Assembly (NCBI GenBank): GCA_036260485.1
Contig: DATAMR010000007.1
Coordinates: 691 to 64,690, forward strand
Origin: Solirubrobacterales bacterium
GTDB taxonomy: Bacteria > Actinomycetota > Thermoleophilia > Solirubrobacterales > 70-9
Length of the DNA stretch: 64,000 nt
Reading direction: 5' to 3'
Shown: positions 33,545 to 43,057 of the stretch, piece by piece
Layout of the letters: each line of letters starts with the position of its first letter
How positions within the stretch are numbered: the first letter of the stretch is position 1
Translations under genes and position numbers: made by a program
Notes under the pieces: model-generated
The model's database searches: none
What the model was told of the DNA's origin: nothing
What the model saw: only the letters and a program-made list of their open reading frames with translations

Positions 33545-35086
33545 TCAGCCGCCGGACCCGTCGTCGAAACGCAGCTCGGCGAAGCGAACCCGCCGCTCCC
33601 CGGGCAGCACGGCGAAGGCCTCGGCCACGCTGCCGGGCGGCAACTGCTGGGCGTTGACGGTGGTGCGGAAGCCGGGGCTGCCGACCTCCAGGCCGGGGAA
33701 CCCGCGCTCGATGTCGGGCCGCGGCACGTCAACCGGCGCCCGCCACAGCGGCTCGCCGCCGACCCGCAGCTCGATCGCCTCGACCGGCTCGTCGCGCCCC
33801 AGCACCCAGCCGATCATCGTCACCGCGTGGGCGGGCAGCGAGGCGCCCGGGACCGGGGCCTCGAGGTTCGCCCCGGCCAGCTCCTCGGGCAGCCGCTCCT
33901 CGCAGTGAATCTCCACCCGCCGCGTCGGCCGCGTCGCGACCCGGGCGCCGTCGGCGCGCAGCGGCAGCTCGAAGACGCTGGCCGCGGCGTCGTCCCAGAC
34001 CTCGCGCGCCTCGCGCTCGAGGTACTCGCGCAGTCCGTCCCTGCCCGCCAACCACCCACGGGCGCTGCCGGGGACGACGACGAAGCAGCCGCCCTCCCCC
34101 GTCGCCTCGGTCTCGCCGCGGTAGTCGGGCTGCGCCGGCGCCAGGTCGGCGGCGGCGCGGCGGATCGTCTCCAACTCGGTCACCTCGCGGCCGTCGCGGC
34201 GCGGCAGGTTGCGAGAGTGGCGGCCGTTGAAGTAGGGCTTCATCTCGCGCCGCGGGTCGACGAGGACGACGCAGGCGCCGAAGGGAACGCCGAGCCGCTC
34301 GACCGCCAGCTGCGCGCCGCGAAACTGGAGGCAGCGCTCGACCAGCTCGTCCTGGCCGGGAAGCTCGGGCCGCAGCTGCTCGTAGAAGCGCAGGTCCTCT
34401 TCGATCTGGGAGATCCGGTCGAGGGCGGAGAACATCCCGCCTTCGTGGACCCGGTAGGCGGCCAGCGGCTCGGGGATGTAGCCGATCGGCCCGCGCTCGG
34501 CGCAGCGGATGTGGATCAGCCAGTCGATCCAGGCGGAGTCGAAGGCCCACTCCGGCAGCTCGGCGACGATCTCGCGGCGGAACATCATCGCCGGCGAGGG
34601 GACGAAGCACTCGGTGAGGATGTCCTCCAGCGCGAAGCTCGACTCTGCCAGCGCCGGGGTCGTCACCCCCGAGGGGGTGCCGGCGGCGTCGTAGACGAGG
34701 CTCGCGTCGTGGAAGCAACTGGCGCGCTCCGGGTGGGCTTCCAGGTGCTCGACCTGGCGGCGCAGCTTCGCCGCCGAGGTCCAGTAGTCGTCGCCGTCGA
34801 GATAGGCGACGAAGCGGCCGCGGGTCGCGTCGAGCACCCGGCGCAGGATCTCGCCATGGCCGACGTTCGCCGCCGGCAGCACCGCGCGCACCAGGGTCGG
34901 GTGGCGCTCGGCGTAGCGCTCGACGATCTCGCGGGTGCCGTCGGCCGAGCGGTCCTCGCCGATCACCAGCTCGAACTCGAAGGGGGCCTCCTGGAGCAGC
35001 ACGCTCTCGATCGCCTGGGCGACGAAGGGGGCGTGTTCGTAGGTCCGCATCGCGACGCTGACCAGGGGAGCGGGCGCCTCGGTCAC
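33545..35086 (-). CDS. Glycan operon gene 13/19: GT2 + degenerate module B + C-terminal module A
   Basis: GTG 35086 (VTEAPAPLVSVAMRTYEHAPFVAQAIESVLLQ). Contains IGEDRSADGT and YLDGDDYW. GTGA overlap. Confidence 0.8.
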   Translation of the reverse strand: MTEAPAPLVSVAMRTYEHAPFVAQAIESVLLQEAPFEFELVIGEDRSADGTREIVERYAERHPTLVRAVLPAANVGHGEILRRVLDATRGRFVAYLDGDDYWTSAAKLRRQVEHLEAHPERASCFHDASLVYDAAGTPSGVTTPALAESSFALEDILTECFVPSPAMMFRREIVAELPEWAFDSAWIDWLIHIRCAERGPIGYIPEPLAAYRVHEGGMFSALDRISQIEEDLRFYEQLRPELPGQDELVERCLQFRGAQLAVERLGVPFGACVVLVDPRREMKPYFNGRHSRNLPRRDGREVTELETIRRAAADLAPAQPDYRGETEATGEGGCFVVVPGSARGWLAGRDGLREYLEREAREVWDDAAASVFELPLRADGARVATRPTRRVEIHCEERLPEELAGANLEAPVPGASLPAHAVTMIGWVLGRDEPVEAIELRVGGEPLWRAPVDVPRPDIERGFPGLEVGSPGFRTTVNAQQLPPGSVAEAFAVLPGERRVRFAELRFDDGSGG

Positions 35087-36414
35087 GATCCCAGCCCCCC
35101 TTCGAGGTGCTCGAAGCGGGCGCCGGGACGGCCGACGCCGCGCCGCCGGTAGCGCAGCAGGGCGCCGCGGTCCCAGCGGGCGAGCGTGCGCAGGCTGCCC
35201 AGCACCGCGCCCCATTCCCGCCGCCGCCAGGCGTTGGCGACGCGCTCGACCAGCGCCTCGCCCTGCTGGGCGCGGGTGTTGCGGATGCCGAGCCGCCGCG
35301 CGGCCCGCTCCTCGGAGCCGCGCAGGCCGCGCCGCTGGCCGTTCAGGACCTGGATCTGCGAGCTGAGGACGAGGCCGGCGTTGCGGGTCGTGTTGGAGCC
35401 GTGGCGGCGATACTCGGTCACCACCTCCTCGTGGCAGAGGACCGGGAAGGCCCGGGCCAGCTTCAGGTAGAGCTCGTAATCGTCGGCCGCCGCCCGCTCC
35501 TCGTTGAAGCCGCCGACCGCCTGCAGCGCCTCACGCCGGTAGACGAGCGAGGATCCCGACCAGATGAAGCATTCCTCCAGCAGCTTCAGGTAGTGGTCGC
35601 GGCTGACGAGCGGCTGGCGGGCTTCGCGCACGACCCGGCCGTCGCGGCCGATGTCGCGCGGCATCCCGGCGGCGAAGGCGGCCTCCGGCTCCTCCGCAAG
35701 GCGCCCCACCCCCACCTCGAGCGCCCGCGGCAGCAGCCGGTCGTCGGCGTCGAGGAAGACGACGTACTCGCCCGTGGTCTCGGCCAGGCCGCGGTTGCGG
35801 GCGGCGGCGACGCCGCGGTTCGGCTGCCGCACGCGCCGCACTCCCGGGTAGCGGGCGGCGACCTCGCAGCTGTTGTCCTCGGAGCCGTCGTCGACTACCA
35901 CCAGCTCGAGCCGCCGGTGGGTCTGGGCCAGCACGCTCTCGATCGCCTCGCCGAGGTAGTGGGCCTGGTTCCAGCATGGGATCACGACCGAGACGAGCGG
36001 CGGATCGGCGCCGGGGGCGGCGCCCTCCTCGCGCCGGACCTGAACCGTGCCGACCTCGGGCCGGGTTCCGTCCCCGAGCACCGCCCGCAGGGCCAGCTCC
36101 AGCTCCTCGCCGTCGCGCAGCGCCGCCAGGTTGGCGCCGACCCGGAAGCCGGAGGTCGCCGCCGTCGCGGCGGCGAAGGATTCGGCGACGCCGGGGCGTT
36201 CGACGCCGAGCTCGGCGCCGGCGACCAGGCGCGCGTCGTGGACAAGCTCGACCGCCCCGAGCGGCTTCCCGGTGGGCACGACCCAGCCCGCCAGGCGCAG
36301 CTCGCCGGGCTCGACCAGCGACCCCGGCTCGGGATAGTCGACCCGCCAGCCCTCGACGCCGGCCGGCGTCGGGCGCTCCTCGATCGCGACGACCCTGAGC
36401 AGGCGGGCGCTCAA
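35083..36414 (-). CDS. Glycan operon gene 12/19: module A + GT2 glycosyltransferase (close paralog of gene 14)
   Basis: TTG 36414 in a TTGA overlap. VSVVIPCWNQAHYLGEAIESVLAQ ... VVDDGSEDN ... FLDADD. Confidence 0.75.
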   Translation of the reverse strand: MSARLLRVVAIEERPTPAGVEGWRVDYPEPGSLVEPGELRLAGWVVPTGKPLGAVELVHDARLVAGAELGVERPGVAESFAAATAATSGFRVGANLAALRDGEELELALRAVLGDGTRPEVGTVQVRREEGAAPGADPPLVSVVIPCWNQAHYLGEAIESVLAQTHRRLELVVVDDGSEDNSCEVAARYPGVRRVRQPNRGVAAARNRGLAETTGEYVVFLDADDRLLPRALEVGVGRLAEEPEAAFAAGMPRDIGRDGRVVREARQPLVSRDHYLKLLEECFIWSGSSLVYRREALQAVGGFNEERAAADDYELYLKLARAFPVLCHEEVVTEYRRHGSNTTRNAGLVLSSQIQVLNGQRRGLRGSEERAARRLGIRNTRAQQGEALVERVANAWRRREWGAVLGSLRTLARWDRGALLRYRRRGVGRPGARFEHLEGGLGS

Positions 36415-37427
36415 CCGAACAGGCGGCTGATGAGGCCGCGTCGCCGGATCTCGAGGACGATCGACCCGATCGGGGTGCGCTCGCCGCCGATCAGGCCCCG
36501 CACCGCCAGCTCGTGCCGTCCTTCGCCGCTTCCCTGGACGACGAGGCGGAAGCCGGCGCGATCGGCCCCTGGGGTCTCGGGATAGGCGCCCGCGACCCCG
36601 GGGCGCTCGATCTCCACCGGCGTGGTCGCCACCATCTGGGTGCCGGCCCAGACCTCGACCGCCTCGACCGCCTGCTTCTTGCCCACCGCCCAGCCGACGA
36701 TCTTCAACGCGTTGGTATCGAGCTCGTCTCCAGTCGCGGGGGCGTCGAGGTGGGCTTGCCGCAGGCCACCCTCCGGCTCCGCCGGGGCGACCTCGACTAC
36801 CCGAATGCTTTCCCGCCGAGCCACCGCGGGATTGTATCCGCGACTCGCGTCGTTCCAGGACTTTCCCCCCCGGCGGGCACGTCGCGACCGCTTCGGCTTG
36901 CGCCCCTCGACGAAGAGGCTCTCCTCCTCGCGGTTGTCGAGCGCGACGATCTCGGCGACGCCGCTGGCGGTCTGGCCGAAGCCGCACTCGCGGACGTCCT
37001 CGAAGCCGGCTCGCTCGAGCAGCTCGACTGCGAAGTCGGCGGTGAAGAGCGTGCGCGAGTACCCGTACCAGAGCATGTGCACGATGAACCGCCCGCCGGC
37101 GCTCGAGACCTCCTCCGGGTCGACCTTGAAGTAGCCCTCCTCGCCGCCGAGATAGGCCTCGATGCCGCGGCGCAGGTCCGGCAGCGCCAGCCGCAGCGTT
37201 CCCCCCGGCGCCAGGACCCGCCCCAGCTCTTCCAGCGCCGGGACCAGCTCGGGGTAGGCGAACTCCGGCAGGGCGTGGATGCTGACCGCGAAATCGATGC
37301 TCTCGCTCTCCAGCGGCAGGCCCGCCCGGATGTCGGCGACGAGGTCGACGCCGGGCTGCTCCTTGACGTCGGAGTTGATCCAGCCCGCCGCGACGTGCTC
37401 GCCGCAGCCCCAGTTGAGCCGCCTCAA
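36411..37427 (-). CDS. Glycan operon gene 11/19: class I SAM-dependent methyltransferase + C-terminal module A
   Basis: TTG 37427 with AGGAGG 8 nt upstream and a TTGA overlap. LNWGCGEHVAAGWINSD ... LAPGGTLRLALPD. Confidence 0.75.
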   Translation of the reverse strand: MRRLNWGCGEHVAAGWINSDVKEQPGVDLVADIRAGLPLESESIDFAVSIHALPEFAYPELVPALEELGRVLAPGGTLRLALPDLRRGIEAYLGGEEGYFKVDPEEVSSAGGRFIVHMLWYGYSRTLFTADFAVELLERAGFEDVRECGFGQTASGVAEIVALDNREEESLFVEGRKPKRSRRARRGGKSWNDASRGYNPAVARRESIRVVEVAPAEPEGGLRQAHLDAPATGDELDTNALKIVGWAVGKKQAVEAVEVWAGTQMVATTPVEIERPGVAGAYPETPGADRAGFRLVVQGSGEGRHELAVRGLIGGERTPIGSIVLEIRRRGLISRLFG

Positions 37428-38548
37428 GCCGCCACCTCCTCGAGCAGGCGGGCGAGGACCTTGCGGGCGTCGAAATGCTCGGCGGCGAGCTCGCGGGCGG
37501 CGCGCGAGTGCCGCTCCCAGTCGCCCTGCACCGCCTCGATCCCGGCCCGGGCGCCCTCGAGGTCGTCGAAGGCGATCAGCCCTTCCCCCGTCGGGTAGCG
37601 CTCGCTGAAGCCGGTGTCGAGGGCGACGACCGGCCTGCCGCTGGCAAGGTAGGCGAGGCTGCGCTCGCCGAGCCAGCCACCGCGGGCCTCGACGTACATC
37701 TCCTTCGCCACCATCAGCTCGCCGCGCGAGCCCTGGACGTAGCGGCGGTAAGACTCCGGGTCGGCGGCGACCGCGGCGGGATCGGCGAGCAGCCAGCCGT
37801 TCTCCTCCAGCGCCTGGAGATCGGCGGCGTCGGCGGCGTCGATCTCCAGCGCCAGCTCCAGCTCCGGGCCGACCAGCGCCGGCAGAGCGACGAGCTTGCG
37901 CAGCTCGTGCGCCCGCAGGCCGAAACGGCGGCCTGCGAACTCGACCGGGTCGTAGGGCCCGCGCCAGCTGCCGACGCTGGTGAACCGCGCGCCCGGCTCG
38001 GCCACCGGCCACTGCTCGGGCAGGATCGGGTGCGGCGAGGTCACCCAATCGATTCCGCAGGTCGGCACCAGGCAGCCGGGCTCGCCGATCCGCTCGCCGA
38101 CGGTGACGTGGGCGTCGTAGCCGGCGTAGGGATCGTGGAGGCCGAGCTCGCACCACATCTGGCCGAAGCCGGGGTCGATGTCGAGGAAGACGTTGCGGGG
38201 CGAGGCGGCGAGCAGCTCCTCGTCGTCGGTGAACCCCATCACGTCGAGGAGCAGGTCGGCGTCGGCGACCCACTCGATCGCCTCGCGGCGCGGCACCCCG
38301 ATCGCCTCGCCCTCGGCGAAGAGCGAGTAGGAGTCCGCGAGCCCGGCGCCCTCCATCACCGCCTCCAGCCACGCCACGCAGCGCTCGCGGTCGGCCGCCG
38401 CGGGGACGGTCTCGGCGCCGATCCGGTCGAGAAAGAGGACCTCGTGTCCCAGCGCCCGGAACCCGAGCAGGTAGTTGAGCAGCGCCCAGGCGTGGCCGCC
38501 GTACCCCGGGCGCTGAGCCAGCGCGCCGCCCACCGCCACGCGGGTCAA
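37424..38548 (-). CDS. Glycan operon gene 10/19: CgeB-like GT-B paralog 3
   Basis: TTG 38548. GGHAWALLNYLLGFRALGHEV, DIDPGFGQMW, GWLGERSLAYLASGRPVVALDTGF...YPTGEGLIAF. Confidence 0.6.
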   Translation of the reverse strand: MTRVAVGGALAQRPGYGGHAWALLNYLLGFRALGHEVLFLDRIGAETVPAAADRERCVAWLEAVMEGAGLADSYSLFAEGEAIGVPRREAIEWVADADLLLDVMGFTDDEELLAASPRNVFLDIDPGFGQMWCELGLHDPYAGYDAHVTVGERIGEPGCLVPTCGIDWVTSPHPILPEQWPVAEPGARFTSVGSWRGPYDPVEFAGRRFGLRAHELRKLVALPALVGPELELALEIDAADAADLQALEENGWLLADPAAVAADPESYRRYVQGSRGELMVAKEMYVEARGGWLGERSLAYLASGRPVVALDTGFSERYPTGEGLIAFDDLEGARAGIEAVQGDWERHSRAARELAAEHFDARKVLARLLEEVAA

Positions 38549-38551
38549 GGG

Positions 38552-39874
38552 TCAGCTCTCCGAGGCCACGGCCGACGTCGGCTCGTATCCGAACTGGACC
38601 AGGACCGGGTCGAGCACCTCGGCGCAGGCCCGCACCAGCTCGGGCGGGAGGTCGCGCCGCCAGCGGCCGACCGAGGCGGAGACCTTCTCGCTGGTCCGGT
38701 GCTCGTCGACGACGGGCGCGTCGCGCTCGGCGCGCTCGGCGACCGCCGCCGCCTTCTCCTCGTCGGCGTCGAGACCGAGGTAGCGCATCATTCCCCCCAG
38801 CGTCGCCGCCGGCTCTTCGATCAGGTCCTCGTAGCGGACCAGGTGGATCGAGTCCCCCCGCTGGTCGAGCCGGCGCTTCAGCCACTCGGCCGAGCTGAGC
38901 AGGACGGTTTCGACGTACTCCTCGTCGCTTCCCGCTTTGCTGCGGCCGAAGGCGTCCCAGCCGCGCTTGCGGTTGAAGGCGATCACCGAGCAGAGGATGT
39001 CGCGGAAGTCGCGGACCAGGACCACCTCGCGGGCGCCGGGGTAGATCTCCGCCAGCAGGTCGGGGACGACCTGGTGAGGGAGGAACTTCTCGACGAAGTA
39101 GCGGGGGGCGGCGCCGGGCTCGGCCAGGCGCGCGTAGAAGGTCTCGATTCGCTCGCTGCAGAGCGCCGTCAGCTCGTCGACCGCGGCCCCTCCCAGCCAC
39201 CCTTCCAGGGCCGGCGCGCCTCCCATCCCGAACTTGAGGTCGGGGCGGTCATACCACCAGCTCGGCTGCCCGATCGGACCGGGTTCGAGCTGGGCGAGAT
39301 AGCTCTGCGGCCGGGCCAGGGTCTGCAGGACGCTTGCCCAGTAGCTGCCGACGCGGGCGTCCGAAGACCAGGGGCTGACGCAGACCGACTCGGCGAGGCA
39401 GCTCAGCACCCAGACGAGCCAGGTCGAGCCGCTGCGGCCGATCGTGTTGACCATCAGCGGCTGGATCAGCTCCTCGCCGGCGGCGGGAAGCGCAGTGCGG
39501 CTGCCGCGGACCGTGGCGATCTCGGTGCGGACGCCCTCCTCCCGCCAGACCACGACCGAGAGCTCGAACTCCCGGCGCAGATCGAGCGTCCCGACCGGCA
39601 AGCGAAACCCGCAGGCGCCGGCGTGGGCCGTGTCGGAGAAGGCGGCGGCGATGTCCTCCCGGGCCTCGCCGGGCTCGGCGGCCGCCACCACCCGTCCCTC
39701 CTGCAGCGCCTCCACCCGGGTCAGCGGCCCCGCCTCGGCCAGCGCCCAGCCGACCAGCTCGAACGAGTAGGTGGCGCTGGCGGCGCCGCCCTTCGGTCCG
39801 TCGATGCTGCAGCCGAGCAGACCTCTGGGGGTGTGCTGGCGCTGCTCGACCTCCTCGATCGTCACCCGCGTCAT
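38552..39874 (-). CDS. Glycan operon gene 9/19: module A + sulfotransferase
   Basis: ATG 39874 with a GGAGGA SD. PAPS 5'-phosphosulfate loop TIGRSGSTWL and 3'-phosphate block LVRDFRDILCSV. Confidence 0.8.
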   Translation of the reverse strand: MTRVTIEEVEQRQHTPRGLLGCSIDGPKGGAASATYSFELVGWALAEAGPLTRVEALQEGRVVAAAEPGEAREDIAAAFSDTAHAGACGFRLPVGTLDLRREFELSVVVWREEGVRTEIATVRGSRTALPAAGEELIQPLMVNTIGRSGSTWLVWVLSCLAESVCVSPWSSDARVGSYWASVLQTLARPQSYLAQLEPGPIGQPSWWYDRPDLKFGMGGAPALEGWLGGAAVDELTALCSERIETFYARLAEPGAAPRYFVEKFLPHQVVPDLLAEIYPGAREVVLVRDFRDILCSVIAFNRKRGWDAFGRSKAGSDEEYVETVLLSSAEWLKRRLDQRGDSIHLVRYEDLIEEPAATLGGMMRYLGLDADEEKAAAVAERAERDAPVVDEHRTSEKVSASVGRWRRDLPPELVRACAEVLDPVLVQFGYEPTSAVASES

Positions 39875-39902
39875 CCGGCTTCGATCCTCCCCGATCGGCC
39901 GG

Positions 39903-41207
39903 TCACGAATCCTGGTAGCCGAACTCGCGCAGCAGCGGGCCCAGCTCCTCCTCGCAGACCGCCGCGATCTCCTCCGGCAGGTCATCTCGCCAGCGCCCGA
40001 TCGAGGCCGCCGGGTCGGCGCTGGTGCGGTGATGGTCCATCGAGGCGGTGTCCTCCTTCATCCGCTGGATCGTCGCCGCCACCAGTTCGGGGTCCGAAGC
40101 CAGCCCGAGCTGCTCGAAGAGCGTGGTCAGGGCCGGCTCGGGATCGAGGACCAGGTCCTCGTAGCGGACGAGGTGCGGCGTGGTGGCGGCCCGCTGCATG
40201 CGGGTCGAGAGGATTTCGCCGGATTCGCGCAGCGTGGTGCGCACGTACTCGCCGTCATCGCCTCCCTCGCTGCGGCCGAAGGCGTCCCATCCGCGCTTGC
40301 GGTTGAAGGCGATCACCGAGCAGAGGATGTCGCGGAAGTCCCGCACCAGGACGACCTCGCGGGCGCCCGAGTAGATCTCCCCGAGCAGGTCGGGGACGAC
40401 CTGATGGGGCAGGTACTTCTCGACGAAGTAGCGGGGCCTCGTCTCCCCCGCGACGTGCGCGTAGAAGGCCTCGATCTGGACCCGCGACATCGCCACCAGC
40501 GAATCGACGGCCTCGCTGCCGAGCCAGCTTTCGAGCTCCTCGTCACCGAGCTCCTGACCGCCCTCCAGCCACCAGCGGGGGGCGTCGAGGTCGGGGGGGT
40601 CGAACGGAGCGAGGTAGGCCGCGGGCTCGGAGAGGCCCTGCATCACGTTGGTCCAGTAGGTCGAGACGCGCGCGTCCTTGATGAAGGGCGAGAAGGCGAC
40701 GACCTCCGGGTGGGAGCTGAGCAGGGTGACCAGCAGGGTCGAGCCGCTGCGGCCGATCGTGTTGACCATCAGCGGCTGGATCTCCTCCCCGCCGGAGGTC
40801 GGCAGACGCCGGCGCGAGCCCCGCAGTCGCGCCAGCGGCAGGCGCGTGTCGTCCTCCAGCTTGGCCCGCAGCACCAGCTCGAACTCCGCCGGCAACCGCA
40901 GGGAGTTGACGGTCAGGCGGTAGCCGCTTTGGCCGGCGCTTTCCACCTCGGGGAACCCCTGGGCGATGTCCTTGCGCTCCCGGTCGAGCGGGGTCACCGC
41001 CACCGGCCGCTCCTCATACAAGGCTTCGATCCGCTCGACCCGCAGCCGCCGGCTGAGGATCCAGCCTTCGATCGCGAACGTGTAGGAATCGGCCGCCGAT
41101 CCCGGTGCCGGGCTGTCCATGTTGGCGTCGTGGACGTAATCGCTTTCGCCGCGATTGACGTCGACGTCGGCGATCTCGACGACCGCGGTCGCATTCCGGT
41201 CGGCCAT
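39903..41207 (-). CDS. Glycan operon gene 8/19: module A + sulfotransferase (tandem paralog)
   Basis: ATG 41207 (or GTG 41210) with a GAGGAGG SD. TIGRSGSTLL and LVRDFRDILCSV. Confidence 0.8.
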   Translation of the reverse strand: MADRNATAVVEIADVDVNRGESDYVHDANMDSPAPGSAADSYTFAIEGWILSRRLRVERIEALYEERPVAVTPLDRERKDIAQGFPEVESAGQSGYRLTVNSLRLPAEFELVLRAKLEDDTRLPLARLRGSRRRLPTSGGEEIQPLMVNTIGRSGSTLLVTLLSSHPEVVAFSPFIKDARVSTYWTNVMQGLSEPAAYLAPFDPPDLDAPRWWLEGGQELGDEELESWLGSEAVDSLVAMSRVQIEAFYAHVAGETRPRYFVEKYLPHQVVPDLLGEIYSGAREVVLVRDFRDILCSVIAFNRKRGWDAFGRSEGGDDGEYVRTTLRESGEILSTRMQRAATTPHLVRYEDLVLDPEPALTTLFEQLGLASDPELVAATIQRMKEDTASMDHHRTSADPAASIGRWRDDLPEEIAAVCEEELGPLLREFGYQDS

Positions 41208-43057
41208 CACGCCTCCTCGGCGGTCGCGGTCCGCTCCGCCCGCTCGCCCCAGCGCTGATCGAAGAGCCAGGCGTTGAAGCGGTTGCTCATGTCCGTCGCC
41301 GAGGGGACGTAGGAGCGCCCCTCGAGGTGGAAGAGCTCGACCTCGGGCACGTACCAGGCCTCGAGGTCGCGCTCGGCAAGCTCCATGCAGAGCTCGGCGT
41401 CCTCGTAGCCGCCCTTCACGTAGTCGACCGAGAACCCGCCGAGATCCTCGTAGAGCTCGCGCTCTAGCAGCAGGCAGGCGCCGCTCAGCGCCGGCACCGC
41501 GCGCCGCTCTTCGGCTTTGGGGAAGCCACGGTGCAGGCCCTTGAAGGCGTGCGCCAGCTGCCAGCCCCCGCTCGCCGGGTTGCGGCGGAACTCGAGCCCG
41601 GCGTGCTGGATCGAGCCGTCGTCGTAGAGCAGCTTCGGCGCCACGACGCCGGCCTGCGGCAGCCCGTCGTGGGCCTCGACCAGCCGCGGCAGCCAGCCGG
41701 GCCGGTCGGGCAGGACGTCGGAGTTCAGCAGTAGGACCAAGCGGCCGCTCGCCAGGGAGGCGCCGAGGTTGGAGGCGACCGCGAAGCCGCCGTTGCGGGA
41801 GAGGATCGCGAGCCGGAACGGGATCCGGTAGAGCTCGTGCAGCTCGGCGACCCGCGGCAGCAGCTCCGGCGCCAGCTCGGGCGAGTCGAGGACGTAGATC
41901 AGCTCGGCGCCGAACATCGCCGGGTCGTTGGCGAACTGCGCCAGCTGGTGCTCGATCAGGTCGACGCGGCGGTAGAGCGGCACGATCACCGAGACGTCGG
42001 GCTCGGCCGGGGGCGTGCCGAAGTCCTCGACCTCGTCGACCTCCACCCTCCCGGACAGCTCCCCCTGGAGGCGGACCACGGCGGGCGCAAGCTGGTCCAT
42101 CAGCGGGGTGTCGACGCGGCGCTCGCGGACGAGCTCGCCGAGAATCGTGTCGCGGACCGCTAGCGGGTCCACTGTCGCCGCCGGGGCGCTGGCCTCGATC
42201 GCGACTCCGGCCGAGTTTTCCAGCTCGAAGACCCAACCCTCGGCGAGGCGGCTCGGGCTCTCGACCTCGAAGAAGCAGACGAAGCCCGGTTTTGCGACCG
42301 GCCGCGGCGCGCCGCGGAAGAGCTCCTCGAGGTCGGGGCGCGGAACCCGGAAGAGGCGCTCGAGGATCGGCGTCCGCGAGCCCTCCGGCGAGACCGCGTC
42401 GAGGCGGACGATCGGCGCCTGGTCGTCGCGGGCCCAGCCGCGGACGAAGAAGGTCCGGTCGTCGACCCTGGCGACGGCGCCGACGTGCAGGCCCTGCACG
42501 TCGTCGGCGCGCAGTTCGGTCCGCGGGTAGGGGTCGCGCAGGGCCTCGCGCAGGACGAAGAGGCTCTTGGCCAGCCCGACCGGGTCGAGGCTGCCGGCGT
42601 GCTCGCCCGGGGTCGCCGCGAGGAAGCCGAGCAGCTGCTCCCTGGTCTCGGCTTCGAGGCCCGCGAGCTTCTCCCTGATCGTCGTCCGCAGATCGACCGC
42701 GACGGCCGGCGCCAGCGCCGGGCCGAAACCGATCTCCTCCTCGCCGCCCCGCAGGCGCAGCTCCACCGTGCGGCCGCCGACGGGACGCGAGACCCAGAGA
42801 GTCAACGCCGTGGTGGCGGCGTCCTCGCCCTCCTCGGCGGAGGGCGGGAGCCAGCGGGTCTCGACCTCGACCGGCTCGCCGTCGACGGTCAGGTCGACCT
42901 CGGGTTCCGCGGCCGCCCGGAGATCGGCGACGAGCAGCAGCACGTCCGTCGCCAGCCAGCTGAGCAGCGCCGGCGCCGGCGCCTCGGCCTCGCCGTTGCC
43001 GCTCGCGAACGGGCCGCCGACCAGCTGCTCGGCGCCGCCGCCGAGTTCCGGCTTCAC
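41207..43057 (-). CDS. Glycan operon gene 7/19: long N-terminal region with a module A variant + GT2
   Basis: GTG 43057 in a GTGA overlap. VSVIVPLYRRVDLIEHQLAQ ... YVLDSPE ... LLNSDV ... EDAELC. Confidence 0.75.
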   Translation of the reverse strand: MKPELGGGAEQLVGGPFASGNGEAEAPAPALLSWLATDVLLLVADLRAAAEPEVDLTVDGEPVEVETRWLPPSAEEGEDAATTALTLWVSRPVGGRTVELRLRGGEEEIGFGPALAPAVAVDLRTTIREKLAGLEAETREQLLGFLAATPGEHAGSLDPVGLAKSLFVLREALRDPYPRTELRADDVQGLHVGAVARVDDRTFFVRGWARDDQAPIVRLDAVSPEGSRTPILERLFRVPRPDLEELFRGAPRPVAKPGFVCFFEVESPSRLAEGWVFELENSAGVAIEASAPAATVDPLAVRDTILGELVRERRVDTPLMDQLAPAVVRLQGELSGRVEVDEVEDFGTPPAEPDVSVIVPLYRRVDLIEHQLAQFANDPAMFGAELIYVLDSPELAPELLPRVAELHELYRIPFRLAILSRNGGFAVASNLGASLASGRLVLLLNSDVLPDRPGWLPRLVEAHDGLPQAGVVAPKLLYDDGSIQHAGLEFRRNPASGGWQLAHAFKGLHRGFPKAEERRAVPALSGACLLLERELYEDLGGFSVDYVKGGYEDAELCMELAERDLEAWYVPEVELFHLEGRSYVPSATDMSNRFNAWLFDQRWGERAERTATAEEA

